A stretch of 64,000 nt of DNA from a virus (taxonomy: Duplodnaviria; Caudoviricetes). The stretch is taken from IMG/VR virus record IMGVR_UViG_3300020577_004796, positions 9,144 to 73,143 of that record; one strand, given 5' to 3'. Each line of letters opens with the position of its first letter. The first letter of the stretch is position 1. The notes under the pieces are model-generated. The model worked only from the letters and a program-made list of their open reading frames with translations. It had not been told where the DNA came from and searched no databases. The position numbers and the translations under genes were made by a program. This document shows positions 63,550-64,000 of this stretch, one piece after another.

Positions 63550-64000
63550 TAACTTGGGGGTGATAAAATCGAATGAATTGCTGGAACGCTAAAGAGAAAT
63601 CTAAGCCAATCAGCAGCCAAGCTATTTAGGAATAAATAGAAGGTTCAACGACTAATAGTATACCACCAGAACGGTGATGAAACTAACACGAGCGTTCGAT
63701 ATATATACGTTCAATTAAATATTGTTTCTCAATTAATTCACCATTATTAGCGTGAATTTGTAAAGTACTTTTGCAAAAATCAATAGCAATTTGTACCTCT
63801 TTTAGTGTTTTATACACATTTATAGTATTATTTATTACATCTGTAACTTTTATAACAAATTTTTTAGAAATAACAGGTTTTACTAACTCTGGGTATTTAT
63901 ATTTCCAAATATAACCACCTGCGGTTTTTTGATTAGGAATTTTTCTACACGTTTTATATATTCCTACTCTACATATTCCTGTTTGTCTAGCAGCTTCTGC
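63550..64000 (+). mobile_element. Group I intron in GATase 2 (5' part)
   Basis: P1 CACCCU/GGGGTG; P AATTGCTGGAA, Q AATCAGCAG, R GTTCAACGACTA; S and 3' end outside the window. Confidence 0.85.
63683..64000 (-). CDS. C-terminus of a NUMOD1-type homing-endonuclease-like ORF, antisense to the intron
   Basis: Hand translation AEAARQTGICRVGIYKTCR...KTAGGYIWKY...YKTLKEVQ...ERSC-stop. Confidence 0.7.
   Translation of the reverse strand, partial: AEAARQTGICRVGIYKTCRKIPNQKTAGGYIWKYKYPELVKPVISKKFVIKVTDVINNTINVYKTLKEVQIAIDFCKSTLQIHANNGELIEKQYLIERIYIERSC

Noticed and set aside
1-64000. Stop-codon reassignment, as in some crAss-like phages
   Set aside because: Portal, TerL, helicase and primase are full length in code 11, and TAA, TAG and TGA all end genes. 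The apparent breaks are explained by introns.

Overview
A 64-kb segment of a large, AT-rich, crAss-like (Crassvirales-type) phage genome read in standard code 11. The host is probably a member of Bacteroidota, because four exact TTTG-N20-TANNTTTG promoters are present. Minus strand, 1-22.4 kb: late module with a scaffold-like protein, portal, TerL, PhoH, a ~10-kb glycan-biosynthesis island (gmd, fcl, a methyltransferase and up to 9 glycosyltransferase-like ORFs), a PD-(D/E)XK nuclease, an HU/IHF-like protein, tRNA-Trp and an fMet-like tRNA. A strand switch with a compositional break lies at ~22.4-22.9 kb. Plus strand, 22.9-48.5 kb: early/accessory region of small ORFs interleaved with many long RNA stems. 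It contains a tmRNA with a 31-codon tag, a tRNA-like element with no anticodon arm, and two RNA elements that reproduce the uL11-binding GTPase-associated centre (H43/H44) of 23S rRNA, including covarying tertiary contacts. These two elements are the most novel signal found. Plus strand, 49-64 kb: replication module (intron-split PolB, helicase, AAA ATPase, SSB-like protein, primase), a UDG homolog with degenerate catalytic motifs, and an amidoligase/glutamine-amidotransferase cluster whose two GATase paralogs both carry group I introns at the same His-Pro|Glu codon. About eight homing-endonuclease-type genes are scattered through the window. All calls come from reading the sequence by eye; no database searches were run.
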